Source: Vulcanimicrobiota bacterium
GTDB lineage: Bacteria > Vulcanimicrobiota > Vulcanimicrobiia > Vulcanimicrobiales > Vulcanimicrobiaceae
Assembly (NCBI GenBank): GCA_963714015.1
Contig: OY970223.1
Coordinates: 672,001-736,000 of the forward strand
Direction: 5' to 3'
Length of the DNA stretch: 64,000 bases
Positions within the stretch are counted from its first letter, which is position 1, and every line of letters starts with the position of its first letter. Positions 1-9,173 of the stretch are shown here, piece after piece. Both the position numbers and the translations under genes were made by a program. The notes below the pieces were generated by a model. The model searched no databases. It saw only the letters and a list, made by a program, of their open reading frames with translations, and was not told where the DNA came from.

Positions 1-75
1 CAGCGTCAAGCTATGCTCGCCGGCACCCATCCACGCCACTTTCTTGAGGATTCGGGGGCTGTCCTATGGTAAAAC

Positions 76-723
76 ATGATTATGCGCGTCTTGGGCGAGC
101 TGCGGAACATCTGGCGCTATCCGGTGAAAAGCCTGGCTGCTGAATCATTGGCGGTCGCGCCCCTGGAGGCAAACGGCATTCCGGGCGATCGCGCCCGCGC
201 GCTGTTCGTGGAGTCCGGTCACGCTCGCGAGGGGAAAACCTACCGCGGGAAGGAGCACAATCTGCTCCATACGACCGCTCGACCAACGGCGGCAGCAGAT
301 CTGGCCCGCGATCGCGGCGTGAACGTGGAACTGCGGCGCGACGAGGAACAGCGGTTCTTCGACGACGCGCCCGTTTCACTCATATTCGACCGGTGGATCG
401 ACGAGGTGTCCGCCGCGATGGGCACAAGGATGGATCCCCTCCGGTGGCGGCCGAACCTGTACGCTTGTGCCGCGAGCGATTTCGGATTTCGCGAACGCGA
501 CTTGCTGGGCGGATTGCTGCTCTTGGGACAGGCTGTGCTCTTGGCGGTTTCGCCTATCGAGCGCTGCGTGACGACGACCTACGACGTCGCGACCGGCGAG
601 CCCGATCCGGCAGTACTGAAGTACGTCGCGCAACAACGGGGAAACGTAATGGGCGTTTACTGCGAGGTCGAATTGGCCGGAACCGTTCGGGTGGGAGATC
701 CTTTGCGTTTACGCGATCGCTGA
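76..723 (+). CDS. MOSC-domain protein
   Basis: IWRYPVKS N-terminal motif, GDR, RWRPN, RCV.TT and GVYCEV...GTVRVGD motifs typical of MOSC family. Confidence 0.85.
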   Translation: MIMRVLGELRNIWRYPVKSLAAESLAVAPLEANGIPGDRARALFVESGHAREGKTYRGKEHNLLHTTARPTAAADLARDRGVNVELRRDEEQRFFDDAPVSLIFDRWIDEVSAAMGTRMDPLRWRPNLYACAASDFGFRERDLLGGLLLLGQAVLLAVSPIERCVTTTYDVATGEPDPAVLKYVAQQRGNVMGVYCEVELAGTVRVGDPLRLRDR

Positions 724-1028
724 ACCTCACGCACCAACGACTCGAGTTCGTCGATATATTCCAAAAAACGTTCTCGACCGCTTGAGGTGATGCGCACGAT
801 CGTCTGGGGGCGGCCCTTTCCGGTAATCCGCTCCATCTGCACGATCCCGATTTCGGCGAGGGCATGCAGGTGCCGGTTCAAATTTCCATCAGTAAGGTCG
901 CAAGCGTCTTGAAGCTGCGTAAAGGACGCGCCGTCGGGATTCGCGACGAGCGCGCTGCAGATGGCAAGGCGTCCTCGCTCGTGGAACGTGCGGTCTAGTC
1001 CGCTCAGCGAAAACGGAGCTTCAGGCAT
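657..1028 (-). CDS. Winged-helix transcriptional regulator (MarR/ArsR-like, HTH_34 type)
   Basis: FHERGRLAICSAL..SFTQLQDACDLTDGNLNRHLHAL..GRPQT.VRIT..GRERFLEY; ATG at 1028 overlaps stop of upstream gene; 3' end overlaps the MOSC gene convergently. Confidence 0.85.
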   Translation of the reverse strand: MPEAPFSLSGLDRTFHERGRLAICSALVANPDGASFTQLQDACDLTDGNLNRHLHALAEIGIVQMERITGKGRPQTIVRITSSGRERFLEYIDELESLVREVQRSRKRKGSPTRTVPANSTSQ

Positions 1029-1626
1029 GCGCCGCACGCTCGCGCATCACGCTAAAGCCGATCGCCAGCTGACCCGCCGCAAAACCCAGCGCGGGAATCC
1101 ACCACTGCAGCGCGATCGCCGCCGGAACAAAGAACAGCACTAATCCCGCCAGCAGAAATCCCGCCGCTATCGGGGTGGCGGCGCGCGGAATCATCATGCG
1201 CGATGCGCAAAGGCCGACGCCGTAACACCCGAACCACACGCCGGGTAAAAACGCGAACAGCTTCGCGTTCAGCAGCGAAAATGAAAGCGCGCCGCCCAGT
1301 AACAATGCCGGGATGATTGCGAAGCCCACGGTCGCGGTTTGCCACCGGTCGCGGGCGTCCGCGTCATTGACGTACCAGTGGGCGATTGCACCGTAGTTGA
1401 TCAGAACCGAGGCCGCGCAGCAGACGAACCAAATGGCGAAATACAGATGGCCCTGCGCCGCGGTTTGCACGGAGGGCACCATGAGCGATTGCACTACGCC
1501 GGCGATCAACGCAAAAACGCCGGAGACTGCCGACGCAATGCCGGAGTAGCCTTTGAACCGCTGCGCGTGGCCGAGGCGCTCACGCACCTCGGCGATGTCG
1601 GCCAGCGCTCTTTCCAGATCGGTCAT
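1021..1626 (-). CDS. Multi-pass membrane protein, cognate partner of the wHTH regulator
   Basis: ~6 hydrophobic segments; N-terminal ALADIAEVR helix; coupled to the regulator gene. Confidence 0.75.
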   Translation of the reverse strand: MTDLERALADIAEVRERLGHAQRFKGYSGIASAVSGVFALIAGVVQSLMVPSVQTAAQGHLYFAIWFVCCAASVLINYGAIAHWYVNDADARDRWQTATVGFAIIPALLLGGALSFSLLNAKLFAFLPGVWFGCYGVGLCASRMMIPRAATPIAAGFLLAGLVLFFVPAAIALQWWIPALGFAAGQLAIGFSVMRERAAHA

Positions 1627-1632
1627 CTACAA

Positions 1633-1649
1633 ACTTTGTATCACAAAGT
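1633..1649. promoter_or_regulatory. Palindromic operator ACTTTGT-ATC-ACAAAGT
   Basis: Perfect 7-bp inverted repeat 6 nt upstream of the ATG at 1626 of a membrane protein/regulator operon. Confidence 0.65.
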
Positions 1650-1669
1650 GGTAGCGGCCGCAATGCCGT

Positions 1670-2350
1670 TTAGGGCGTCCAGATGCTCGTCGGATAGAAA
1701 TTCCCGTGGCCGTCGATGGTGCCGTGCGCGGCAATTCGTTGTCCGATTCGGAACTGTCCGGCATCCGCTACGACCCATTCTCCGGTGGTGTGGCGCGAAG
1801 GTTCCCATACGGCGATCGTATGGGTGCCGATGCGCTGTACCGTGCCGCTGAGCGTCACCGTGTTCGGAACCGCGCCGACGGCGACGCGCTGCGGAAAGAA
1901 GTGGCCGAAGCGATCCTCCGTGCCCCAGCCCGTCACGATTTGACCGGGCCGATAACCGGACGCGTTGGCCACAATCCATTCGCCGGTTTCGTTAACCCCG
2001 TTTTCCCAAACCGCAATCGTGTTCGTACCGACGCGCTGTACTACGCCGCTGAGCGAGATCGTCGACGGATTTCCGGCAACCCTGACGCGCCTGGGATAGA
2101 AGCGTCCGGAACGGTCTTCAGTACCGACGCCCACGACGTATTCGCCGGAGTGGTACGCTCCTGGATTTGAAAGTACCCATTCGCCGGTCTCGCCGCGTGC
2201 GTTCTCCCAAACCGCGATAGTGTGCGCACCGATGCTCTGCACTGTCCCCGAGAGCGTAATGGTATTCGACTGCGCGGCGGCCCGCAGTGCGGGCACTGCA
2301 AGCGATCCCGCCAAGACCGCGGCGCTCAAGTAGGTGATGAAGCGAGCCAT
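1670..2350 (-). CDS. Secreted protein with three ~67-aa beta-rich repeats (DUF5666/OB-fold-like)
   Basis: GGAGG SD before ATG 2350; signal peptide ending AAA-Q; repeats T.(T/S)LSG.VQ.(I/V)G..TIAVWE....TGEW...G...GT.D..G.F(Y/F)P. Confidence 0.75.
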   Translation of the reverse strand: MARFITYLSAAVLAGSLAVPALRAAAQSNTITLSGTVQSIGAHTIAVWENARGETGEWVLSNPGAYHSGEYVVGVGTEDRSGRFYPRRVRVAGNPSTISLSGVVQRVGTNTIAVWENGVNETGEWIVANASGYRPGQIVTGWGTEDRFGHFFPQRVAVGAVPNTVTLSGTVQRIGTHTIAVWEPSRHTTGEWVVADAGQFRIGQRIAAHGTIDGHGNFYPTSIWTP

Positions 2351-2378
2351 TGCTCTTCCTCCGTTGTGTGTGTTCCAG

Positions 2379-3089
2379 TTACACAACGTTTCCCAGGCCG
2401 GGACGTTCTCGCTCACTTGCTGCACCGGAAACGGAACGCTCTTCTGCGCAGTTGATACGCAGCACGAATCCCGCGCTGACGCGCGCCGCATCGACGCAGC
2501 GAAAGTCCGGAACCGCATCGATGGTGAACGCTTGGTGCGATCCGACGGCGATCGCTTTTGCGCCCGCGCGAATCGCGGAGAGTATTCCGCTGGGAGCGTC
2601 TTCGAACACGAGGCAGCGGCGGCGATCGACGCCTAATGCGGCGATGGCCTTGGCGTACGGCTGAGGATCCGGCTTGCCTTGCGTAACGTCCTCCGCGGCG
2701 ATCAGTACGCGCGGACTGGGAATACCGCACCGCTTCAGACGCGGAATTGCGATTCGGCGTGTGCTCGACGTGGCGACCGCCCACGGCGCGCTCATCTCGA
2801 TCAGGCGGCAAACGAATTGGGCAGCTCCGGCCACGGGCACGACGCTCTCCAGCAAAGATTGTTCCAATTGCTCCATCTGCTCGAACGACGCTTGCAGATC
2901 CCCATCCGGTACCAAGACCCGCAGCGCTTCGATCGTCGTGCGTCCGTGGCCCGTTTGGATCGCGCGGCGCACATCGACGCCGTGCAGACGCGACCACGCT
3001 TCCCACGATTGGTTCACCGCCTGCTTCGAGTCGGCGAGCACGCCGTCGAGATCGAAAACGATTCCTTCGAACGGATGCTCGCGGATCAC
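2379..3089 (-). CDS. HAD-superfamily hydrolase (sugar phosphatase-like)
   Basis: FDLDGVLADS, VATSS, GKPDPQPY, VFEDAPSG motifs I-IV. Confidence 0.9.
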   Translation of the reverse strand: MIREHPFEGIVFDLDGVLADSKQAVNQSWEAWSRLHGVDVRRAIQTGHGRTTIEALRVLVPDGDLQASFEQMEQLEQSLLESVVPVAGAAQFVCRLIEMSAPWAVATSSTRRIAIPRLKRCGIPSPRVLIAAEDVTQGKPDPQPYAKAIAALGVDRRRCLVFEDAPSGILSAIRAGAKAIAVGSHQAFTIDAVPDFRCVDAARVSAGFVLRINCAEERSVSGAASERERPGLGNVV

Positions 3090-3694
3090 AATACCCGGCG
3101 GCCTTCGATCGCTTTGGCCAGGGTCACTTCATCAGCGTAATCTAAGTCGCCGCCAATCGGCAGTCCGTACGCAAGACGCGTAACGCTCACCCCGAGCGGC
3201 GTGAGCAAACGGGAGAGATAGAGCGCCGTCGCTTCACCTTCGGCATTGGGATTGGTTGCGATGATGATTTCGTGCGGTGCTTCGGCGGCAATGCGCTCGA
3301 CGAGCTCTTTTACGTGTAATTGCGCGGGACCGATGCCGTCCATCGGAGAGATCAGCCCGCCCAGTACGTGATAACGGCCCTTGAACGCGTGCGTACGCTC
3401 GAGAGCGTAGATGTCCTTGGCTTCCGCGACGACGCAAATCGTTTTCCCGTCGCGGCGTTCGTCGGTGCAGAACTCGCACGGATCTTCTTCCGTTATTGCA
3501 AAGCAGGTCGAGCACAAACGAACCCGGTCCTTGACCGCGATGATCGCTTCCGCGAGCTCCTGTGCTTCGTTGCGCGGGCGGTTGAGCAGATAGAAGACCA
3601 GGCGCGCTGCAGTCTTCGGACCAACCGTCGGAAGCTTGGAGAATTCGTTGATCAGCGTTTCGACGGGACCCGCGATGCCGTTGGAACCGGGCAC
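3086..3694 (-). CDS. recR: Recombination mediator RecR
   Basis: LPTVGPKTAARL HhH, C4 zinc finger, YHVLGG.ISPMDGIGP, NPNAEGEATA TOPRIM; dnaX-ybaB-recR synteny. Confidence 0.97.
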   Translation of the reverse strand: MPGSNGIAGPVETLINEFSKLPTVGPKTAARLVFYLLNRPRNEAQELAEAIIAVKDRVRLCSTCFAITEEDPCEFCTDERRDGKTICVVAEAKDIYALERTHAFKGRYHVLGGLISPMDGIGPAQLHVKELVERIAAEAPHEIIIATNPNAEGEATALYLSRLLTPLGVSVTRLAYGLPIGGDLDYADEVTLAKAIEGRRVL

Positions 3695-3697
3695 GGC

Positions 3698-4006
3698 TTA
3701 CATGAGGCCGGGAATCTTCATGCCCCCGGTCAGCCGTCCCATCCGCGACTGCGCGGTCTCTTCCACTTTTTTGAGCGCATCGTTGAAAGCCACGACCAGC
3801 AAATCTTCCAGCGTCTCCACGTCGCCGGGATCGACTGCTTCTTTGGAAACGCTTATGCTCTTGACTCGATGGTCGCACGTCATTTCTATTCGAACCGAGT
3901 CGCCCGAAGCAACGCCCGTGACGGCGGTGTTCGCGAGCTCGTCCTGAGCTTTTGCCATCTCTTGCTGCATCTTGCGCATCTGCGCCAACAACTGCGCCTG
4001 GTTCAT
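3698..4006 (-). CDS. ybaB: YbaB/EbfC nucleoid-associated protein
   Basis: VDPGDVETLEDLLVVAFNDA; position between dnaX and recR. Confidence 0.93.
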   Translation of the reverse strand: MNQAQLLAQMRKMQQEMAKAQDELANTAVTGVASGDSVRIEMTCDHRVKSISVSKEAVDPGDVETLEDLLVVAFNDALKKVEETAQSRMGRLTGGMKIPGLM

Positions 4007-4007
4007 C

Positions 4008-5654
4008 TCACTTGATCCGTTCGTTCAAATAGGAAAAGAGTTCGTCGGGGTCGTCGCCGGGGCCATTCGCAAAGGCGTCTGCGCCGTCTTGCAGCCGTGC
4101 TGCCGTACGCGCGGCGGTTCCCCCTTTTGGCTTAGCGGCCGCCGCACCCGCTTCAAACCGAACCTGCAGATCCGCGCCAAGGGCCTCTTGAATCGCCGAG
4201 CGGATCAACGGCGCACTCTCTTTGAGGATCTCCGCCGAGTACGGACTGGGAACTTTGATCGCCAGGACGCCGTCCTGCAACGAGGCCGGCATCGCGCGCC
4301 GCAGCTCCCCGCGCAGCGATTGCCGCTGGCTCTCGACCTTCGTGCGGATCGACTCCCAGGCAGCTCGGACTTTCTGGATCGTCACGGGAGCCTGCGGCGA
4401 AGCAGAAGCGGCCGGCGAGCGGCCGGAAGAGTCCGCCGGCGCAGGGGGCACGCGGGCCGGCGCAGGAGCCGGAACATCCGGCGGCGTTTCGACGGCCGGT
4501 GCGGTTTGGAGCGCGGGTACCGTGGGGCCGGCTTCTAGGACGGAAACGCGGGCGCTCAGGGCGTCGTAGGTGGGGTCCTCCGGCGCAAAGACGTACCGCA
4601 GCAGCGCCGTTTCGAGCTCGAGGCGCGGGTTGCCCGAGGATCGCGCCGTCGTGAGCCCGTCCGAGAGCAGACGCAGCGCGCGCACGACGAGCGCCTGCGG
4701 AAGTTGCCGGCTCCGCTCCGCCGCGACTCGTGCGTCCTCGGGTGCGAGATCGCGGGCCAGCAGCGCCGGCTCGATCCGGGCCACCAGCAAATTGCGAAAC
4801 TCGGCGATGAGGCCGCGCATAAGCACCTGCATGTCGGCGCCTGCGTCGCTGGCCTCGTCGATGGTCTTGAGCACGCCGCTCGCATCGCGCGCGATCAATT
4901 GATCGATCAGCGTACCTGCGTAATTTCGGCCGCTCGCGCCGAACGCCAGATCGATGGTCTGCGCCGCGATCGCGCCTTCCGCGAACGCCGCGGCTTGTTC
5001 GAGCATGGTGAGTGCGTCGCGCAATCCGCCGTCGGCCCGGTACGCAATTGCGGAGAGCGCCGCGTCGTCCACGGGTATGCCTTCGGCTTTTGCAATGTCC
5101 CGCATGCGTTCGATCATCACGGGAATTGCAATGCGACGGAATGCATAACGCTGACATCGTGACAGAATCGTTACGGGCAGTTTCTCCGGCTCGGTCGTCG
5201 CCAAAATGAAGACCGCGTGCGGCGGCGGCTCTTCCAACGTCTTCAAAAACGCGTTAGCGCCCTCTTTGGTGAGCATGTGCGCCTCGTCGATGATGTAAAC
5301 TTTCATCCGCATCGTCGCCGGCGCAAACTTCACCGCGTCGCGCAGCGCGCGGATCTCGTCGATCCCGCGATTGCTGGCCGCATCTATCTCCAGGACGTCG
5401 AGAGCGGTGCCCGCTAAAATGGCCTGACAGTTCTCGCAGGTGTTGTCGGGCGCCGCCGTAGGACCGTTTACGCAGTCGATGCAGCGCGCGAGGATCTTTG
5501 CCGCGGACGTCTTTCCCGAACCGCGCGGCCCCGAGAAGAGATAGGCGTGCGCGAGCTTACCGCTCTCAAGTGCACTCGTCAGCGTACGAACGACTGCGTC
5601 CTGGCCGACGAGATCGGCAAAGGTCTTTGGGCGCCAGGTTCGATAGAGGGACAC
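4008..5654 (-). CDS. dnaX: DNA polymerase III subunit gamma/tau
   Basis: SLYRTWRPKTF, GPRGSGKTS, EIDAASNRG, IIDEAHML, LKTLEEPP, TILSRCQ. Confidence 0.97.
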   Translation of the reverse strand: MSLYRTWRPKTFADLVGQDAVVRTLTSALESGKLAHAYLFSGPRGSGKTSAAKILARCIDCVNGPTAAPDNTCENCQAILAGTALDVLEIDAASNRGIDEIRALRDAVKFAPATMRMKVYIIDEAHMLTKEGANAFLKTLEEPPPHAVFILATTEPEKLPVTILSRCQRYAFRRIAIPVMIERMRDIAKAEGIPVDDAALSAIAYRADGGLRDALTMLEQAAAFAEGAIAAQTIDLAFGASGRNYAGTLIDQLIARDASGVLKTIDEASDAGADMQVLMRGLIAEFRNLLVARIEPALLARDLAPEDARVAAERSRQLPQALVVRALRLLSDGLTTARSSGNPRLELETALLRYVFAPEDPTYDALSARVSVLEAGPTVPALQTAPAVETPPDVPAPAPARVPPAPADSSGRSPAASASPQAPVTIQKVRAAWESIRTKVESQRQSLRGELRRAMPASLQDGVLAIKVPSPYSAEILKESAPLIRSAIQEALGADLQVRFEAGAAAAKPKGGTAARTAARLQDGADAFANGPGDDPDELFSYLNERIK

Positions 5655-5674
5655 TCCGGGTAGTACTTTTCAGC

Positions 5675-5700
5675 GTTTCGCCGAGCCTGCCGCAGGGTAT
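5675..5700 (+). promoter_or_regulatory. Putative SigB/SigF-type promoter for recQ
   Basis: GTTT-N16-GGGTAT in the dnaX/recQ divergent intergenic region. Confidence 0.35.
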
Positions 5701-5786
5701 ACTGGTCACGTGCCGCCTCTTTCGTCCTTTTAGTGAAGAGGTGGGAACTTTGTTCTCCCCGGGCAATGCAAATAAGGAAGAGTGCC

Positions 5787-7433
5787 GTGGATCTGCGGAC
5801 TGCGCTTCGTGAGAAGTTCGGTTTCGAGTCGTTTCAGCCGGGCCAGGAAGAAGTCGTGAACCGGGTCGTCTCCGGTCAGGACACACTGGCCATTTTGGCC
5901 ACCGGTGCCGGCAAAAGTCTGACGTATCAACTGCCTGCTCTGCTGCTCGAGGGAACGACGGTCGTGGTGAGCCCGCTCATCGCGCTCATGAAGGATCAGC
6001 TCGATATGCTGCGCGAGCTTTCGATCACCGCAGTGGTCGCCCTCAACTCGACGCTCTCGGAAGATCAGGAAGCCGCAGCACTCGAACGCATTCGCAGCAA
6101 AGGCATCAAGATCGTGTTCGTGACTCCGGAGAAACTCGAAGACGAGACGTTTATGGCGCTGCTGCAGTCCGTCAAAGTACCGCTCTTCGTCGTCGACGAG
6201 GCGCACTGCATCAGTCAGTGGGGCCACGATTTTCGCCCGGCGTATCTCGCGCTCGGGCACGTCATCGAGCGCCTGGGACATCCCACCGTGCTCGCCTTGA
6301 CCGCGACGGCAACGCCGGCCGTGCGCGAAGACATTCTGCATCAGCTCGGGATACCGAACGTCAAACCGATCGTCAAAGGGTTCGACCGGCCCAGTCTGAT
6401 CTATCAGGTGCGGCGCGCGGAGAAGGAAGCCGACAAGTTCAAGATTCTGAAGGCGCTGTTCGAACGCGAGTTGCAAGGCACCGGCATCATCTACACCGCG
6501 ACGATCAAGAACGCGCTCGAAGTACAGCACTATCTTCAAGAATATCTCGACATTCCGGCGGCGGTGTATCACTCAAAACTGCAAAAACACGATCGCACGG
6601 CCGTACACGAGCTGTTCATGGGCGAACACATCCGTGCCGTCGTCGCGACGAACGCATTCGGCCTTGGCATCGACAAGCCGAACATCCGCTTCGTCGTGCA
6701 TTACGACTTGCCGGGATCGGTCGAGGCTTACACGCAGGAAGCCGGCCGATCGGGCCGCGACGGTTTGCCTTCGAACTGCATCCTGATCTATCGAATGAGC
6801 GACACGCGGGTGCAAAACTACTTTCTGACGGGCAAGTATCCGGATATCGAAGAGGTGCAGAAAGTCTTCGGGACCTTGGAGATATTCGGCGCGCAAGAGG
6901 GCGGCGTTTCAATGACCGATCTGCGCAAAATCCTGCAGCTGCCGCTCACCAAGCTCAAAGTGATTCTGGCGCTGCTCAAGAAGGGCGGCTTCATCGAAAC
7001 CAGCAGCCGTTCGAAGTACCGGCTCACCGAAGCGGCGCGCAAGAACCGCGACATGGTCTTGAACCTGGCGAGCTACGAAACCAAGAAGTCGTACGATCAG
7101 AGTAAATTGGCGATGATGCTGCAGTACGCGGAGACGACGTCGTGCCGCCGTAAGTTTATCCTGAATTACTTCGGCGAAGATTTTGAGAAAGGGTACTGCG
7201 GCGCGTGCGACAACTGCTTGCGTGCTGCCGCAGCAACCACGCCCAAGGCCGAGCGAGGCGAAGTCGCGGTGGTTTCAGGCTATCGGATAGCCGACGTCGT
7301 CTTTCACCGGAAATTCGGACAGGGCACCGTCGAACGGACCGAAAAAGACTTGGTCACCGTGCTGTTCCCGAGTGTCGGCTATAAAACGCTGCTTGCCTCC
7401 GCGGTGAGCCGCTCCGAAGCCAAGATCGCCTAG
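5787..7433 (+). CDS. recQ: RecQ-family ATP-dependent DNA helicase
   Basis: TGAGKSLTYQLPAL, VDEAHCISQWGHDFRP, TATAT, QEAGRSGRDG, CRR..ILNYFGE..CGACDNC; GTG 5787 preceded by AAGGAAG. Confidence 0.93.
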   Translation: MDLRTALREKFGFESFQPGQEEVVNRVVSGQDTLAILATGAGKSLTYQLPALLLEGTTVVVSPLIALMKDQLDMLRELSITAVVALNSTLSEDQEAAALERIRSKGIKIVFVTPEKLEDETFMALLQSVKVPLFVVDEAHCISQWGHDFRPAYLALGHVIERLGHPTVLALTATATPAVREDILHQLGIPNVKPIVKGFDRPSLIYQVRRAEKEADKFKILKALFERELQGTGIIYTATIKNALEVQHYLQEYLDIPAAVYHSKLQKHDRTAVHELFMGEHIRAVVATNAFGLGIDKPNIRFVVHYDLPGSVEAYTQEAGRSGRDGLPSNCILIYRMSDTRVQNYFLTGKYPDIEEVQKVFGTLEIFGAQEGGVSMTDLRKILQLPLTKLKVILALLKKGGFIETSSRSKYRLTEAARKNRDMVLNLASYETKKSYDQSKLAMMLQYAETTSCRRKFILNYFGEDFEKGYCGACDNCLRAAAATTPKAERGEVAVVSGYRIADVVFHRKFGQGTVERTEKDLVTVLFPSVGYKTLLASAVSRSEAKIA

Positions 7434-7436
7434 GGC

Positions 7437-9117
7437 GTGAAGTTCGCGTGGGTCTGGAGCGCGATCGTTTCGATCGCGTGCCTTCTGGTTTGGGGCAACG
7501 TGCTGGCTCAGACGCCTGCGCCGCAGTCGTCACCGAGCGGATCCGCGGTCCCCTCAGCAACTCCGTCTGCAACGCCGACGCCGCCGGGAATGGCCGGCCC
7601 TACCCCCGAGCCTTCAGTCCGGACCAGTGTCGCACCGGCTCCCACACCAACACCGACGCAGCCGCCGATCATCGTTCAGCCGCAAGCCGCATCGGTACCG
7701 GTCGGACAGACGCAGCAAATTCGCGTACAGTCCGCATTAGGGAATCTCACCGTCACGGGACAAAATTCTGCGGTGGTCGACGTTTCGATCGATCAGCCGG
7801 ATCAGATCGTCACGCTCACCGGAAAATCTCCGGGTGCAACGGTGCTGACCATCACGGACCAGCGAGGAATTTCGGCCAGCGTACCCGTGCGGGTTGCATT
7901 CAACGCCGGAACCATTGCGGATCAGGCGGACGTGCGCGTCACCGGCGACCCCGCTTCAGCCGCATTCGTCAAAGAACAGGCCGTAACGGCTGCGGTTGCA
8001 CTGGCACAAGCGCGGACCGGCGCGCAGGTCGTCGCGGCGCCGGACGAGGTCCAGTTCGATCGATCGCTCTCACAAGACGACGCGGCGATCGTGGACGTTC
8101 CGATTCTGATACAGGGCAATGAGTATTTCAGCGTCGAGGGCACGACGCACGTGCGCGTCGAGAACGTCGCCGCTCCGAAGATCGTACCTGACTCGCTCAT
8201 GGTCAGCGATTTTCCGGAACGCCTAACCGAAAACGGCGTGCTCTTTACGGCGGATCTGAAACGCACGCAGCCCTCGCGATTTTTGTACTTCCACTATAAC
8301 CCGCCCGGCGAACCGGACCGCCGCGTGGTTCTGCGCGCGCAGAACCTCTCGCCAGAGCCTGCAATCGTGCAATACATCAACGGTCAAGGCGCAACCTCGA
8401 CCAACGAGATGCTGACCGGGCACGAAGCTGACTTCCGAATTTCTGAAAAATCTGGTCCAGAATCAGGGGCACATCATCGAGATTCCGGGCAACGGCACGA
8501 TGAACATCAGCGAGCAGGATCTGCCCGCGAAAAGCATCGTCTGCAGCCTGCTGCAGTTGCGGGTGCTGAACGGCAGCACCGTCCATTTAACGCTGTTCGC
8601 GCAGGACGCGACCGACTCGCCCGATGCCTCCCTGGCAGACACGGGACTCTTGTCCGGCGGCCATCCGCACGCGCGGGGGGTCTACAAGATTCCCGAATTT
8701 CACTTCAGCACGCTCTGGGACGTCGACGAAGAGTATCTCGAATTGCCTATCGGGCAAGTGCCGCTGCCGAACCTGATCAACGGCCAGGCGCTGGCGGGCG
8801 ATTACGGCGTGCTCGAAACGTTCGTCATCAAAGTGCAGAACCCGAACCGCTCGCCGCAGGCCATCGCGATTTACGAAAATCCGCGCGGCGGACGCGCCAC
8901 CGGCACGTATCTCATCGACGGCGTGCTGATCCAATCGCATCAGGTCCCCGCGTTCTCACGCTATAAAGTGCGGCAGTACGTCGTGCCGGCTCGAGGCTTC
9001 GTCCGCGTCACCATCGCCACTATTCCCGACAGCGGCAGCAGCTATCCGCTGAGACTCGAATTTGCACCCGACGACGGCAGCGTGCCGCCCGGCGCACCCG
9101 GTTCTCCGGTTTACTAG
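7437..9117 (+). CDS. Secreted protein with Pro/Thr-rich linker and Ig-like/pilus-assembly N-terminal-like domain (frameshift ~8430)
   Basis: Signal peptide VLA-Q; PT-rich linker; LTGKSPGATVLTITD motif; ORFs 7437-8966 and 8500-9117 join across one indel. Confidence 0.65.
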
Positions 9118-9173
9118 GCCGTTTTAGAGATAGCGCAAGAATAATTGCCGGAGCGGCTCAATCTATTAACCGA

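Noticed and set aside
4008..5786. Programmed frameshift in dnaX, or SRP RNA/tRNA upstream of it
   Set aside because: No slippery A-run with a stimulator was noticed, and the ~130-bp upstream gap shows no SRP or tRNA features
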